Shown: positions 14,908-24,000 of the stretch, one piece after another
How positions within the stretch are numbered: position 1 is the first letter of the stretch
Layout: every line of letters starts with the position of its first letter
From: Gammaproteobacteria bacterium
GTDB taxonomy: Bacteria > Pseudomonadota > Gammaproteobacteria > UBA4575
DNA length: 24,000 bases
Assembly: GCA_965658595.1 (NCBI GenBank)
Contig: CBFHSW010000002.1
Location: 24,894-48,893 of the forward strand
Direction: 5' to 3'
Notes under the pieces: model-generated
What the model saw: the letters and a program-made list of their open reading frames with translations, nothing else
Told to the model about the DNA's origin: nothing
Databases searched by the model: none
Translations under genes and position numbers: made by a program

Positions 14908-16014
14908 TCATCTAATGTTAAGATATGCCCTCTCTGATACGTCAAACCAGGCTTTAGACTTACTCAAAAACTGCTGATACGAGTCATATATCTCTTGCGC
15001 AAAGGGGTCATCTCCGACAACTTCAGCCACAACTTGCTCAGATAACTGTCTAAACCTCTCTAACACTTCAGGTGGAAACTCTCGCATCTCCACCTTATGT
15101 TCATTGATCAGCATTTCTAATGCGTCGTGATTTCTAGTTGTGAATTCCTGCATCATATTTTGATTCGCCACACGTGAGGCGTATTCAACAATGCTCTTTA
15201 AATCTGCTGGTAATTGATTGAATGCTTGCGCATTCACAAAACACTCCATGGTCGTGCCCGGCTCATGCCAGCCCGGAGAGTAATAATATTTTGCCGCTTT
15301 ATGCAGTCCAAAAGCTAAGTCATTGTATGGACCTACCCACTCGGTAGCATCTATCACTCCTTTTTGCAGTGATACAAACAAATCACCGCCCGGCACATTC
15401 ACAGGAGTACCACCTGCTAAGCGAAGGACTTCACCACCCAAACCAGGAATACGCATCTTTAGGCCCACCAAGTCATCCAAAGAATTAATCTCTTTGTTGA
15501 ACCAACCACCCATCTGCACCATAGAATTACCCGCAGCCATAGGTATTAATCCAAACGGTTCATAAGCACGTCTCCACAGATTCATACCATCACCTTGATA
15601 TAGCCAAGCATTCATTTCGTTAGCATTCATGCCAAAGGGGACTGTTGAGAAAAACTGAAAAGCTGGATTCTTACCTTTCCAATAATAGGCTGATCCATGT
15701 CCCATCTGGGCTGTGCCTGATTGAACCGCGTCAAAGCTCTCAAAGGCAGGCACAATTTCACCCGCGCCATAGACTTTGATGGTTAGGCGGCCATTCGACA
15801 TTTCTTTGATGATATCGGCTAAATATTGCGCACCAGTGCCTAGCCCTGGAAAATTCTTTGGCCACGTGGTAACCATTTTCCACTCAAATTTTTCTTGGAG
15901 AATATTCTGTGTGGGATCCGTTTGATCTTGTTCATCTCCACAAGCACTCAGACCCATGCCAGCGGCACCTACTCCCATCAGCTGCAAAAATTTTCTACGT
16001 TGTTTATTTTCCAC
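14908..16014 (-). CDS. TRAP transporter substrate-binding protein (DctP superfamily, FcbT1/COG4663-like) with a Tat-type signal and lipobox
   Basis: 368 aa with a GTG start after GGGGGAGA. The N-terminus is MENKQRRKFLQLMGVGAAGMGLSAC (twin-arginine RRKFL, then LSAC). The mature part (WPKNFPGLGTGAQYLADIIKEMSNGRLTIKVYGAGEIVP...) is typical of this SBP class. Confidence 0.9.
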   Translation of the reverse strand: MENKQRRKFLQLMGVGAAGMGLSACGDEQDQTDPTQNILQEKFEWKMVTTWPKNFPGLGTGAQYLADIIKEMSNGRLTIKVYGAGEIVPAFESFDAVQSGTAQMGHGSAYYWKGKNPAFQFFSTVPFGMNANEMNAWLYQGDGMNLWRRAYEPFGLIPMAAGNSMVQMGGWFNKEINSLDDLVGLKMRIPGLGGEVLRLAGGTPVNVPGGDLFVSLQKGVIDATEWVGPYNDLAFGLHKAAKYYYSPGWHEPGTTMECFVNAQAFNQLPADLKSIVEYASRVANQNMMQEFTTRNHDALEMLINEHKVEMREFPPEVLERFRQLSEQVVAEVVGDDPFAQEIYDSYQQFLSKSKAWFDVSERAYLNIR

Positions 16015-16069
16015 TCATCTCCCCCTGACTGCTTTGATCATCTCATATGTATGGATAGGCTATTATGCA

Positions 16070-18259
16070 TTAGCCAATCTTGGTTAGATTAGCATAAGCG
16101 ACTACTAACCATTTCGATCCACTGCTTTCAAACTTAACTTGCACACGTGCGCTCTTACCTTGCCCTTCGAGATCTATTATCACACCTTCACCAAATTTCT
16201 TATGTGATACACGCTGACCGATGTTAAGCCCATTATTGTCATTATCACCAGAAATTCTTTTCTTCACTTTTTGCATTGGTTCTGGACGATGAATTGTTTG
16301 GGTAACATGCGCACGTGGCCTGACTTCCACCATTAATTCGGCAGGCACTTCGTTGATGAATCGAGACGGTGCATTATAATTTTCATTGCCGTACAGTCGC
16401 CTAGACTCGGCATAGCACATCATTAAATTTTCGCGTGCACGCGTGATACCCACATAGCATAAGCGTCGCTCTTCTTCGACACGTCCCGGTTCATCCATGG
16501 ACATGCTACTCGGAAATAAGCCTTCTTCCATGCCCACTAAAAATACCAGAGGAAACTCCAAACCCTTGGCAGAATGTAATGTCATTAGCTGCACACAGTC
16601 CTCCCACTTTGACGCTTGCCCTTCTCCAGATTCTAAAGCAGCTGTAGATAGGAATGCTTCAGTTGGAGAGAGATCTTCACCCTCCTCAGATTCATAACGG
16701 AAGCCACGAGCGGCCTCAATCAACTCGCCTAAATTTTCAACTCTAGACTGACCTTTCTCGCTACGGTCTTTCTCAAAATGCATTTGCAAGCCAGAGCCAC
16801 TGATGATTTGTTCTATTTGATCATGCAACTCCAATGGTTTTGATTCATCAGACAATTTTTCTATCAATGCAATAAATTGTTGCAATGCACCACTAGCACG
16901 AGCTGCTAACTGACCTGTTGCCAACACTGCTTTTGTAGAATCCCATAAAGGTAAGGATTGAGAACGTGCATGATCACGAATGACTTGCAGAGTACGGTCA
17001 CCTATTCCTCTGGGTGGATGATTAACTATTCGTTCAAAGGATGGATCATCTACACGATTTGATATCAAGCGCAAATAGGCTAATGCATCTTTTACCTCAG
17101 CTCGCTCAAAAAAGCGTAAGCCGCCATAAATACGATAGGGAATTTGCTGCGAAATTAAATTTTCCTCAAATACACGTGATTGTGAATTAGAGCGATATAA
17201 AATTGCGGCCTCACTGTGTTTACGTCCTTCTTGATTAACCCATTCTCGAATACGTTCAATCACAAAACGTGCTTCATCATGTTCATTATATGCCGCATAT
17301 AATTGTATCGGTGTACCTTCATTACCTTCAGTCCACAGCTTTTTACCTAAGCGACCTTGGTTATTACTGATCAACTCATTAGCGGCAGATAATATGGTGC
17401 TAGTGGAACGATAATTTTGCTCTAATCTGAATGTCTGAGTATCTTTATTGTCTTTGCTAAAAGAAAATATGTTTTCAATTTTAGCTCCACGCCAACCATA
17501 AATTGACTGATCATCATCACCCACCGCAAAAATTGGTGCACGTTTGCCTGCGATTACTTTTAACCAATCATACTGGATCGAGTTAGTGTCTTGAAACTCA
17601 TCGACTAATACATGCTGGAAACGATGATGGTAATGCATGAGTATGTCTTGATTGTTTTTTAATAATTCTAAACTCCGTAACAGCAACTCTGCAAAATCAA
17701 CCACACCGGCTCGCTCACATGCACTCTCATAAGCACTATAGATGCGAGCAAATTGACGCGTTGTTAGATCACCATTATCTTGTATTTGATGTGCGCGCAA
17801 ACCTTCATCTTTGCGTGCATTAATAAACCACTGCGCTTGTTTAGATGGCCATTTTGATTCATCTAACTCAAGGCCCTTCATAATACGTTTTACCAAACGG
17901 AACTGGTCTTCTGAATCTAAGATTTGAAAAGCTTGTGGTAGGTTGGCTTGTTGCCAATGAGCACGCAACATGCGATGCGCTATGCTGTGAAAAGTGCCTA
18001 CCCACATACCAGAGAGATTTGCTTCTAACAAAGTCTCAACACGCCCCCGCATTTCAGCTGCTGCTTTATTGGTAAATGTTACTGCCAATAAACCATAAGG
18101 TGATGCACCTTCAACATTACACAACCATGCAATACGATGAACTAACACACGAGTTTTTCCACTACCAGCACCGGCTAATACTAAGGTTGGCCCAGGTACT
18201 GCGGTCACTGCATTGCGTTGTTCTGCGTTCAATCCATCGAGTATTGGAGAGACATCCAT
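16070..18259 (-). CDS. uvrD: DNA helicase II
   Basis: 729 aa, collinear with E. coli UvrD throughout (LNAEQRNAV, AGAGSGKTRVLVHRIAWL, VDEFQDTN, LEQNYRST, MTLHSAKGLEFP). The UvrD-type C-terminal domain (GQRVSHKKFGEGVII...KWLVVAYANL) distinguishes it from Rep. Confidence 0.95.
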   Translation of the reverse strand: MDVSPILDGLNAEQRNAVTAVPGPTLVLAGAGSGKTRVLVHRIAWLCNVEGASPYGLLAVTFTNKAAAEMRGRVETLLEANLSGMWVGTFHSIAHRMLRAHWQQANLPQAFQILDSEDQFRLVKRIMKGLELDESKWPSKQAQWFINARKDEGLRAHQIQDNGDLTTRQFARIYSAYESACERAGVVDFAELLLRSLELLKNNQDILMHYHHRFQHVLVDEFQDTNSIQYDWLKVIAGKRAPIFAVGDDDQSIYGWRGAKIENIFSFSKDNKDTQTFRLEQNYRSTSTILSAANELISNNQGRLGKKLWTEGNEGTPIQLYAAYNEHDEARFVIERIREWVNQEGRKHSEAAILYRSNSQSRVFEENLISQQIPYRIYGGLRFFERAEVKDALAYLRLISNRVDDPSFERIVNHPPRGIGDRTLQVIRDHARSQSLPLWDSTKAVLATGQLAARASGALQQFIALIEKLSDESKPLELHDQIEQIISGSGLQMHFEKDRSEKGQSRVENLGELIEAARGFRYESEEGEDLSPTEAFLSTAALESGEGQASKWEDCVQLMTLHSAKGLEFPLVFLVGMEEGLFPSSMSMDEPGRVEEERRLCYVGITRARENLMMCYAESRRLYGNENYNAPSRFINEVPAELMVEVRPRAHVTQTIHRPEPMQKVKKRISGDNDNNGLNIGQRVSHKKFGEGVIIDLEGQGKSARVQVKFESSGSKWLVVAYANLTKIG

Positions 18260-18277
18260 GATGATATTTTTATTAAG

Positions 18278-19843
18278 TTAGTAAATCAGATATACGATGG
18301 CACTCGCCGCAAGCAGTGTGGCCGTTGAAAGTGCTGCGGTAAACCAATTTTGGCGTTTGACCTGCTGCTCTAATTTTTCAATTTTTTGCACCAGCAAGGT
18401 ATCTGTTTGTTGATGCTGATTATGAGTTTGTAATGCTTGATATATTAAGGTGGGTATTTCTGGCGATTGTTCTAATATTTTTGGCAGGTGATTTTTCATA
18501 CCTTTAACCAATGCATGGATTCCCACTTGCTCACTCATCCAACGGTCAAGAAATGGTTTAGCTGTTTGCCATAAATCTAAATCTGGATCCAGTTGGCGAC
18601 CCAAGCCTTCTATATTGAGTAAAGTCTTTTGTAACAGTACTAATTGGGGCTGAACTTCCATTTTGAATCGACGTGCAGTCTGGAATAGACGTAGAAGCAA
18701 ATTGCCAAAGGAAATTTCACTAATAGGCTTTTGGAAAATAGGTTCACATACTGTTCTAATAGCGGACTCGAAATGATCTAAGCGCGTGTCTGACGGCACC
18801 CATCCAGATTCCAAATGTAGTTCTGCGACTCTGCGATAGTCTCTATTGAAGAACGCCAATAAATTCTCTGCTAAATAGCGTTGGTCTTCAACTGTCAGGG
18901 TGCCCATAATGCCAAAATCCACACCAAGATACTGAGGGTCTTGAGGGTTTTCATAGGAAACAAAAATATTGCCCGGATGCATATCCGCATGGAAAAAATT
19001 ATGCTGAAACACCTGCGTGAAGAATATGTGCACACCACGTTCAGACAGCTTCTTCATATTGGTATTGTTTTCAGACAATGTCTTAACGTCATTCACGGCT
19101 ATACCATAAATACGCTCCATTACCATCACGTCTACACGCGTCAGATCCCAATAAACCTCTGGCACATAAAGATCGGGGGAGTTCTCAAAATTGCGTCTTA
19201 GCAAACTCGCATTAGCGGCTTCTCTTAACAGATCCAACTCATCTAATATCGTCGTCTCATAGTCTGCCACCACTTCACGTGGACGTAGGCGGCGACCATC
19301 CTCCCAATATCGATGTGCCATATCTGCAATCAAATGCAGTAACTCTAAATCTCTTTGTATGTGCTTTCTAATTTCAGGGCGTAATACTTTAATCACCACA
19401 TCAGTGCCATCCAATAAGGTGGCGGCATGCACTTGTGCAATTGAAGCTGACGCAAGCGGTGTCTCATCAAAATGAGAAAAGAACTCTTCTATCGGGCCAC
19501 CAAGAGATGCTTCAATTGTCTTTTTAGCTTGATCTCCTGAAAAAGGGGGTACTTGATCTTGCAACTTTGCCAACTCATCAGCCACGTCGTCTGACAATAA
19601 ATCACGTCGTGTTGAGAGCGCCTGCCCAAACTTTACAAATATAGGGCCTAAGTCTTCCAATGAACGGCGAATACGTACCCCATGTGAAATATCAACACGG
19701 CGAAACCAATGCCATGGCATAAGTAACAAAATAAATCGTAAGGGACGAAAGAAGTGAATAGCAAAAATAACTTCTTCCAAACCGTTGCGGACCAGTATCA
19801 TATTGATTTGAACAATACGTACGAATTGCCTAATTAGACGCAT
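18278..19843 (-). CDS. ubiB: Ubiquinone biosynthesis regulatory protein kinase UbiB (ABC1/ADCK family)
   Basis: 521 aa with [40 protein letters not shown] and C-terminal TM segments. Immediately follows ubiE-ubiJ. Confidence 0.95.
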   Translation of the reverse strand: MRLIRQFVRIVQINMILVRNGLEEVIFAIHFFRPLRFILLLMPWHWFRRVDISHGVRIRRSLEDLGPIFVKFGQALSTRRDLLSDDVADELAKLQDQVPPFSGDQAKKTIEASLGGPIEEFFSHFDETPLASASIAQVHAATLLDGTDVVIKVLRPEIRKHIQRDLELLHLIADMAHRYWEDGRRLRPREVVADYETTILDELDLLREAANASLLRRNFENSPDLYVPEVYWDLTRVDVMVMERIYGIAVNDVKTLSENNTNMKKLSERGVHIFFTQVFQHNFFHADMHPGNIFVSYENPQDPQYLGVDFGIMGTLTVEDQRYLAENLLAFFNRDYRRVAELHLESGWVPSDTRLDHFESAIRTVCEPIFQKPISEISFGNLLLRLFQTARRFKMEVQPQLVLLQKTLLNIEGLGRQLDPDLDLWQTAKPFLDRWMSEQVGIHALVKGMKNHLPKILEQSPEIPTLIYQALQTHNQHQQTDTLLVQKIEKLEQQVKRQNWFTAALSTATLLAASAIVYLIY

Positions 19844-19847
19844 AACT

Positions 19848-20447
19848 CTATTTCTTCTCAGTATATTTATTAAGGCGCGCTTCTAATCGATCTACTCTCG
19901 CACGTGTATCGTCAACCTCTTGGATGAAATGTTCAACTTCACTTTTTGTAACTGCAACTTGTAAATCATCTTGCAAATAATCTCTGACATCCAAACGCAT
20001 ATTCTCACCCAGTCTATGCATTATAGAAGCGAATGTTTTTGCGCCACTGGCAATCTGATATGCCAGCACATCACCTGTATATTTTGAAATCACATCTTGC
20101 CAATCGATCTCAATTTCGCTGAGCACTTTATTAAAAACACTAGCTACATGACTATCACCCTGAATTTCTATACTGCCATCTTTGAGCAATTGACTTTGAT
20201 CACGCCCAGCCATTTTCTCAGGTAACACATTTACAGAAACGATAATGCCAGCATCACAATCAGCAATATGCTCACTTTCTATAAAGCGCAAATCACGCAC
20301 TTGCATACAGATAGTAATATTGGCTTCCTTGAGGGTAATCGAGAGTGTTTTTGCATTAATACTCTGTAAGTCCTGAGCACGCTCAGGATCGCAATCTAGA
20401 TAACGATTGAAGCTCGATACAATGAATGTATTAAGCGTTGAACTCAT
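19848..20447 (-). CDS. ubiJ: Ubiquinone biosynthesis accessory factor UbiJ (SCP2-domain protein, YigP-like)
   Basis: 199-aa ORF in the conserved slot between ubiE and ubiB. Its start overlaps the ubiE stop (TAATG) and it ends 4 nt before ubiB. It has a C-terminal coiled-coil ([11 protein letters not shown]). The call rests mainly on synteny and architecture. Confidence 0.8.
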   Translation of the reverse strand: MSSTLNTFIVSSFNRYLDCDPERAQDLQSINAKTLSITLKEANITICMQVRDLRFIESEHIADCDAGIIVSVNVLPEKMAGRDQSQLLKDGSIEIQGDSHVASVFNKVLSEIEIDWQDVISKYTGDVLAYQIASGAKTFASIMHRLGENMRLDVRDYLQDDLQVAVTKSEVEHFIQEVDDTRARVDRLEARLNKYTEKK

Positions 20448-21193
20448 TAATACTTATACCCGATATGCGCGGCGACAATACCACCACTCATGTTTACCAC
20501 ACGACACTCATCAAAGCCGGCATCTGTAAACATAGACTTAAGCGTTTCTTGATCTGGGTGCATACGAATAGATTCAGCAAGATAGCGATAGCTATCTTCA
20601 TCACGTGCAATGGTTTTACCTAGCCATGGCAAAATCGAGAATGAGTAACGATCATAAATAGGCTGCAACCATTCATCAGGTTTTGAGAACTCTAACACTA
20701 TGAATTTACCTGCGGGCTTAAGCTTGGCATAAACTGATGCTAGGCAGTTTTCTTTGAAAGTGACATTACGCAATCCAAATGCCATCGTCACACAATCAAA
20801 AGTATTATCATCAAAAGGCAGATACTCAGCATTAGCCTGCACATATTGCAAATTTTTCATAATGCCTTGGTCTATCATTTTGTCTCGCCCCGTTTGCAAC
20901 ATGCTAGCGTTAATATCAGACAAAATCACAGTGCCTTGCTCGCCCACACGTTTACTGATGGCTGCTGCTAGATCACCGGTTCCACCCGCCAAATCTAATA
21001 CTGTCTGGCGCTCTCTTATAGCCGCCGTATGGATGACAAATTTTTTCCACAAGCGGTGCATACCAAATGACATTAAGTCATTCATGACATCATAATTTTC
21101 TGCCACGGATTCAAACACGTGACGCACTTTTTGAGTTTTTTCTTGCGGACTTACCTTGGCATATCCAAAGTGAGTCTTTGATTCATCATTCAT
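20447..21193 (-). CDS. ubiE: Demethylmenaquinone / 2-methoxy-6-polyprenyl-1,4-benzoquinol methyltransferase
   Basis: 248 aa with [26 protein letters not shown], the SAM motif [10 protein letters not shown] and FGLRNVT. Confidence 0.95.
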   Translation of the reverse strand: MNDESKTHFGYAKVSPQEKTQKVRHVFESVAENYDVMNDLMSFGMHRLWKKFVIHTAAIRERQTVLDLAGGTGDLAAAISKRVGEQGTVILSDINASMLQTGRDKMIDQGIMKNLQYVQANAEYLPFDDNTFDCVTMAFGLRNVTFKENCLASVYAKLKPAGKFIVLEFSKPDEWLQPIYDRYSFSILPWLGKTIARDEDSYRYLAESIRMHPDQETLKSMFTDAGFDECRVVNMSGGIVAAHIGYKY

Positions 21194-21228
21194 CAGTTAA
21201 CTTTTACTTTCGATATTTAAGCGAAAGT

Positions 21229-21603
21229 TTAGTGTGTCTTACGTTTATGGCCAGCAGCTTCCAAGCGGTCCAAATAATCCTGCCACTTCGCCGTCTGCTT
21301 TACACCAAGATCATACAAGTATTCAAAGCTATATAGGCCAGAATCATGATTGTCATCAAACACCAATCTGACAGCATAATTGCCTACAGGATCTATGGCT
21401 GTGATACTCACATCTTCTTTACCGAGTTGAAGAACTTCTTGACCCGGTCCGTGCCCAGCGACCTCTGCTGATGGTGAGTACACTCTTAGATACTCACAGG
21501 TATATTCAAAATTACTACCATCATCAAACGATATCTCTAGCAATCGTGATTTTTGGTGTAATTGTATTTCTGTAGGATGTATTTTTGCCATTTGATCTTC
21601 CAT
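21229..21603 (-). CDS. DUF971 (gamma-butyrobetaine hydroxylase N-terminal-like) domain protein
   Basis: 124 aa with EYLRVYSPSAEV...GHGPGQ...YAVRLVFDDNHDSGLYSFEYL, typical of the DUF971 proteins found between hslU and ubiE. The start could instead be the second Met (MAKIHPT). Confidence 0.75.
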   Translation of the reverse strand: MEDQMAKIHPTEIQLHQKSRLLEISFDDGSNFEYTCEYLRVYSPSAEVAGHGPGQEVLQLGKEDVSITAIDPVGNYAVRLVFDDNHDSGLYSFEYLYDLGVKQTAKWQDYLDRLEAAGHKRKTH

Positions 21604-21677
21604 ATTTAATTGCTAAACCTTAACAAATCTATAACGATATTAATACTGACCACAGATACCATTAAGAGGTATCAGTA

Positions 21678-23021
21678 CTACAATATATAGCGACTCAAAT
21701 CCTCGTCTTTACTAAGCTCAGAGACATGTAAGTCCACGTAGGCTTGATCAATAACGACAGCCTCACCGTCCTTATCGGGCGCATCATATGAGAGAGTCTC
21801 TAATAATCTCTCCATTATGGTGTGTAATCTTCTGGCACCAATGTTTTCGGTTCTCTTGTTTACATCATAGGCAGTCTGCGCGATACGCCTCACACCACAT
21901 TCAGAGAATTCTAGACTAACGCCTTCAGTAGCAAGTAATGCAATGTATTGCTCAGTCAATGAAGCCGTAGGCTCAGTAAGTATGCGAATGAAATCATCCA
22001 CTGCTAGCGCGTTAAGCTCTACTCGAATGGGTAGACGTCCCTGTAACTCTGGCACTAAATCTGTCGGCTTAGAGAGATGAAATGCTCCTGATGCAATAAA
22101 AAGTATGTGGTCGGTTTTAACGCTGCCATGCTTAGTAGATACAGTACACCCCTCCACTAAAGGTAATAAATCTCTTTGCACACCTTCTCTAGAGACATTG
22201 CCTCCATTGTATTCACCTTGTTTAGCGACTTTATCGATCTCATCTAGAAATACGATACCATTTTGCTCAACTCGTTCTAAAGCCAATAATTTAAGCTCAT
22301 CTTCATTAATTAAGTTCTGCGCTTCCTCGTCGCTAATCAACTTAAAGGCCTCTTTGACTTTTAATTTACGTGTCGTGGTTTTTTGTGCTCCAATATTTTG
22401 AAACATACCCTGCAATTGATTGGCCATATCCTCCATACCCGGTGGCGTCATGATTTCCACACCTGCGGGAGTTGCACGCAATTCAATTTCAATCTCTTTA
22501 TCATCTAAATCACCCTCGCGCAGCTTCGTACGAAACTTTTGCCGCGTTTCATTAGCAAACCCTGCATCACCACTGGCTTGAGTTGAAGCAAATGATTCTG
22601 ACTTTGGTGGTGGCAATAATGCATCTAAAATTCTTTCCTCTGCCGCTTCTTCAGCACGAAAGGCAACCTTAGACATTTCTGACTCACGCAACATTTTGAT
22701 TGCACTATCAACCAAATCTCGAATAATTGATTCAACATCACGACCAACATAGCCAACCTCAGTGAATTTTGTCGCTTCAATTTTTATGAATGGTGCTTGT
22801 GCCAATTTAGCCAGACGTCGGGCAATTTCAGTCTTACCCACACCGGTTGGACCTATCATTAAAATATTCTTTGGTGTGACCTCTGATTTAAGATCATCTG
22901 ACAGTTGAATTCGACGCCAGCGATTCCGCAATGCAATCGCGACGGCTCTTTTTGCTTCATGTTGACCAACAATGTGCCGATCTAACTCTTCTACTATTTC
23001 TCTAGGTGTCATATTAGACAT
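21678..23021 (-). CDS. hslU: ATP-dependent protease ATPase subunit HslU
   Basis: 447 aa with [17 protein letters not shown], Walker [24 protein letters not shown] and the C-terminal DLSRYIL. Confidence 0.98.
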   Translation of the reverse strand: MSNMTPREIVEELDRHIVGQHEAKRAVAIALRNRWRRIQLSDDLKSEVTPKNILMIGPTGVGKTEIARRLAKLAQAPFIKIEATKFTEVGYVGRDVESIIRDLVDSAIKMLRESEMSKVAFRAEEAAEERILDALLPPPKSESFASTQASGDAGFANETRQKFRTKLREGDLDDKEIEIELRATPAGVEIMTPPGMEDMANQLQGMFQNIGAQKTTTRKLKVKEAFKLISDEEAQNLINEDELKLLALERVEQNGIVFLDEIDKVAKQGEYNGGNVSREGVQRDLLPLVEGCTVSTKHGSVKTDHILFIASGAFHLSKPTDLVPELQGRLPIRVELNALAVDDFIRILTEPTASLTEQYIALLATEGVSLEFSECGVRRIAQTAYDVNKRTENIGARRLHTIMERLLETLSYDAPDKDGEAVVIDQAYVDLHVSELSKDEDLSRYIL

Positions 23022-23054
23022 CTCATTTACCTCGGTGAGATATGGACCTTATGT

Positions 23055-23591
23055 TTATTTAAGGACTTCGATAGTGGTATTGGTATTGGTGTAAATACAA
23101 ATGCTCGCCGCAATATTAAGTGAACTCTTAACAATCGATTCAGCATCCATATCAGTGTTATCGATTAACGCACGTGCTGCAGACTGCGCAAAGGGCCCGC
23201 CCGAACCGATAGCGATCAAAGAATCTTCAGGCTCTATGACATCTCCGTTTCCGGAGACAATTAATGATGAATTCTTATCCGCCACTGCCAGTAGCGCCTC
23301 TAAGCGTCGTAACATTCTATCAGTGCGCCAATCCTTAGCCAGCTCAACGGCTGCGCGTGTTAAATGACCACTGTGTTTTTCAAGCTTACCCTCAAAACGC
23401 TCAAATAGAGTGAATGCATCAGCAGTACCACCCGCAAATCCAGCCAATACTCTGTCATGGTAGAGTCGTCGTACTTTATTAGCATTCGCCTTCATGATGG
23501 TGTTGCCTAACGTGACTTGACCATCACCACCCAGAACTACGCTGTCTCCCCGCCTGACTGAGACTATGGTTGTGCCTTCAAATTGTTCCAT
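23055..23591 (-). CDS. hslV: ATP-dependent protease subunit HslV
   Basis: 178 aa: MEQFEG then [23 protein letters not shown]. The catalytic Thr follows a short propeptide. [10 protein letters not shown] and GSGG motifs are present. Confidence 0.97.
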   Translation of the reverse strand: MEQFEGTTIVSVRRGDSVVLGGDGQVTLGNTIMKANANKVRRLYHDRVLAGFAGGTADAFTLFERFEGKLEKHSGHLTRAAVELAKDWRTDRMLRRLEALLAVADKNSSLIVSGNGDVIEPEDSLIAIGSGGPFAQSAARALIDNTDMDAESIVKSSLNIAASICIYTNTNTTIEVLK

Positions 23592-23654
23592 GTCAGATCC
23601 TCATTTTTAACTGGCGTGAATTGTACACCAAAGACCAACACATTTAGCCCTATA

Positions 23655-23686
23655 AAATGAGGCTTTTTTAACCACAACCTTTACAG
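23655..23686 (-). promoter_or_regulatory. Weak sigma32-like heat-shock promoter candidate for hslVU
   Basis: The minus strand reads CTGTAAA-N17-CCTCATTT, against the consensus CTTGAAA-N13-17-CCCCATNT. The -35 is imperfect and the spacer is at the long end. hslVU is sigma32-dependent in E. coli. Confidence 0.2.
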
Positions 23687-23721
23687 TGTGTAATGAGAAA
23701 TAGGTGGGGGAAACGCGACAA

Positions 23722-24000
23722 TCAATCAGACTTTTTTTTCGCTCTAGGATGAGCATCGTCATACACCTTAGCCAGATGTTGAAAGTCTAGTTGGGTATAG
23801 ACTTGGGTGGTACTAATGTTTGCATGACCTAGTAGTTCTTGCAGTGAACGCAGATCGCCGCTCGATTGAAGAATATGACTGGCAAAAGAATGACGTAACA
23901 TATGAGGGTGTAGATGCATACCTAATCCACATTGACGCGCAGCCTGTTGAACTCGACTTTGTACGGTACGTTGCGAGAGTCGAACACCGCGCTGGGAAAT
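23722..24000 (-). CDS. xerC: Tyrosine recombinase XerC, C-terminal part (gene runs off the right edge of the window)
   Basis: The reading frame is open to position 24000. The C-terminus [58 protein letters not shown] carries the catalytic RHxxR/H...Y box and the XerC-type LDFQHLA.VYD.AHPRAK tail. Confidence 0.9.
   Translation of the reverse strand: MSQRGVRLSQRTVQSRVQQAARQCGLGMHLHPHMLRHSFASHILQSSGDLRSLQELLGHANISTTQVYTQLDFQHLAKVYDDAHPRAKKKSD

Noticed and set aside
23574-23591. HslV N-terminal extension MEQFEG before the catalytic Thr, considered as a possible mis-start or novelty
   Set aside because: No alternative in-frame start lies next to TTIVSV. MEQF.GTTI-type propeptides are, as I recall, common in beta- and some gammaproteobacterial HslV, so this is ordinary.
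23645-23670. Plus-strand AGCC...GGCT hairpin followed by TTTTTT upstream of hslV
   Set aside because: The stem is only 4-5 bp and no plus-strand gene lies upstream to terminate. It overlaps the weak sigma32-like -10 candidate on the other strand.

Overview
This window looks like an ordinary core chromosomal segment of a gammaproteobacterium. It appears AT-rich by eye (not computed). As far as I recall, the gene order resembles Pseudomonas/Oceanospirillales-type genomes.

Gene order, left to right:
- speA (5' end, minus strand), head-to-head with speE.
- A minus-strand nitrogen operon, TorF/Gcw_chp-like porin, glnK and amtB, with a good sigma54 promoter and an NtrC-like site.
- ubiK.
- A comM/yifB gene cut off after about 157 codons and joined directly to an N-terminally truncated PPC-domain ORF.
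- A membrane-anchored cytochrome c5.
- A 550-bp spacer with no listed ORF.
- dsbA and cytochrome c4, then engB and polA.
- A LOG/TIGR00730 gene followed by TRAP small and large permeases.
- A small 2-TM ORF and a convergent TRAP binding protein.
- uvrD, ubiB-ubiJ-ubiE, a DUF971 gene, hslU-hslV, and the 3' end of xerC.

I found no tRNA or rRNA gene, CRISPR array, IS element, integrase-bounded island, toxin-antitoxin pair or recognisable defence system. I also see no convincing novel multi-gene system.

The observations most worth a second look are non-coding or structural:
1. A candidate sigmaE-type-promoter sRNA in the polA-engB spacer, the locus that holds Spot 42 in E. coli and ErsA in Pseudomonas.
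2. The comM::PPC deletion or fusion scar.
3. An orphan plus-strand structured element with an intrinsic terminator, plus an 18-bp perfect palindrome, both in the 550-bp spacer.
4. The nitrogen-regulated porin-glnK-amtB unit, which has an internal 13-bp hairpin.
5. A Tat plus lipobox signal on the TRAP binding protein.

All functional calls rest on my reading of the translated ORFs and motifs. No database search was run.
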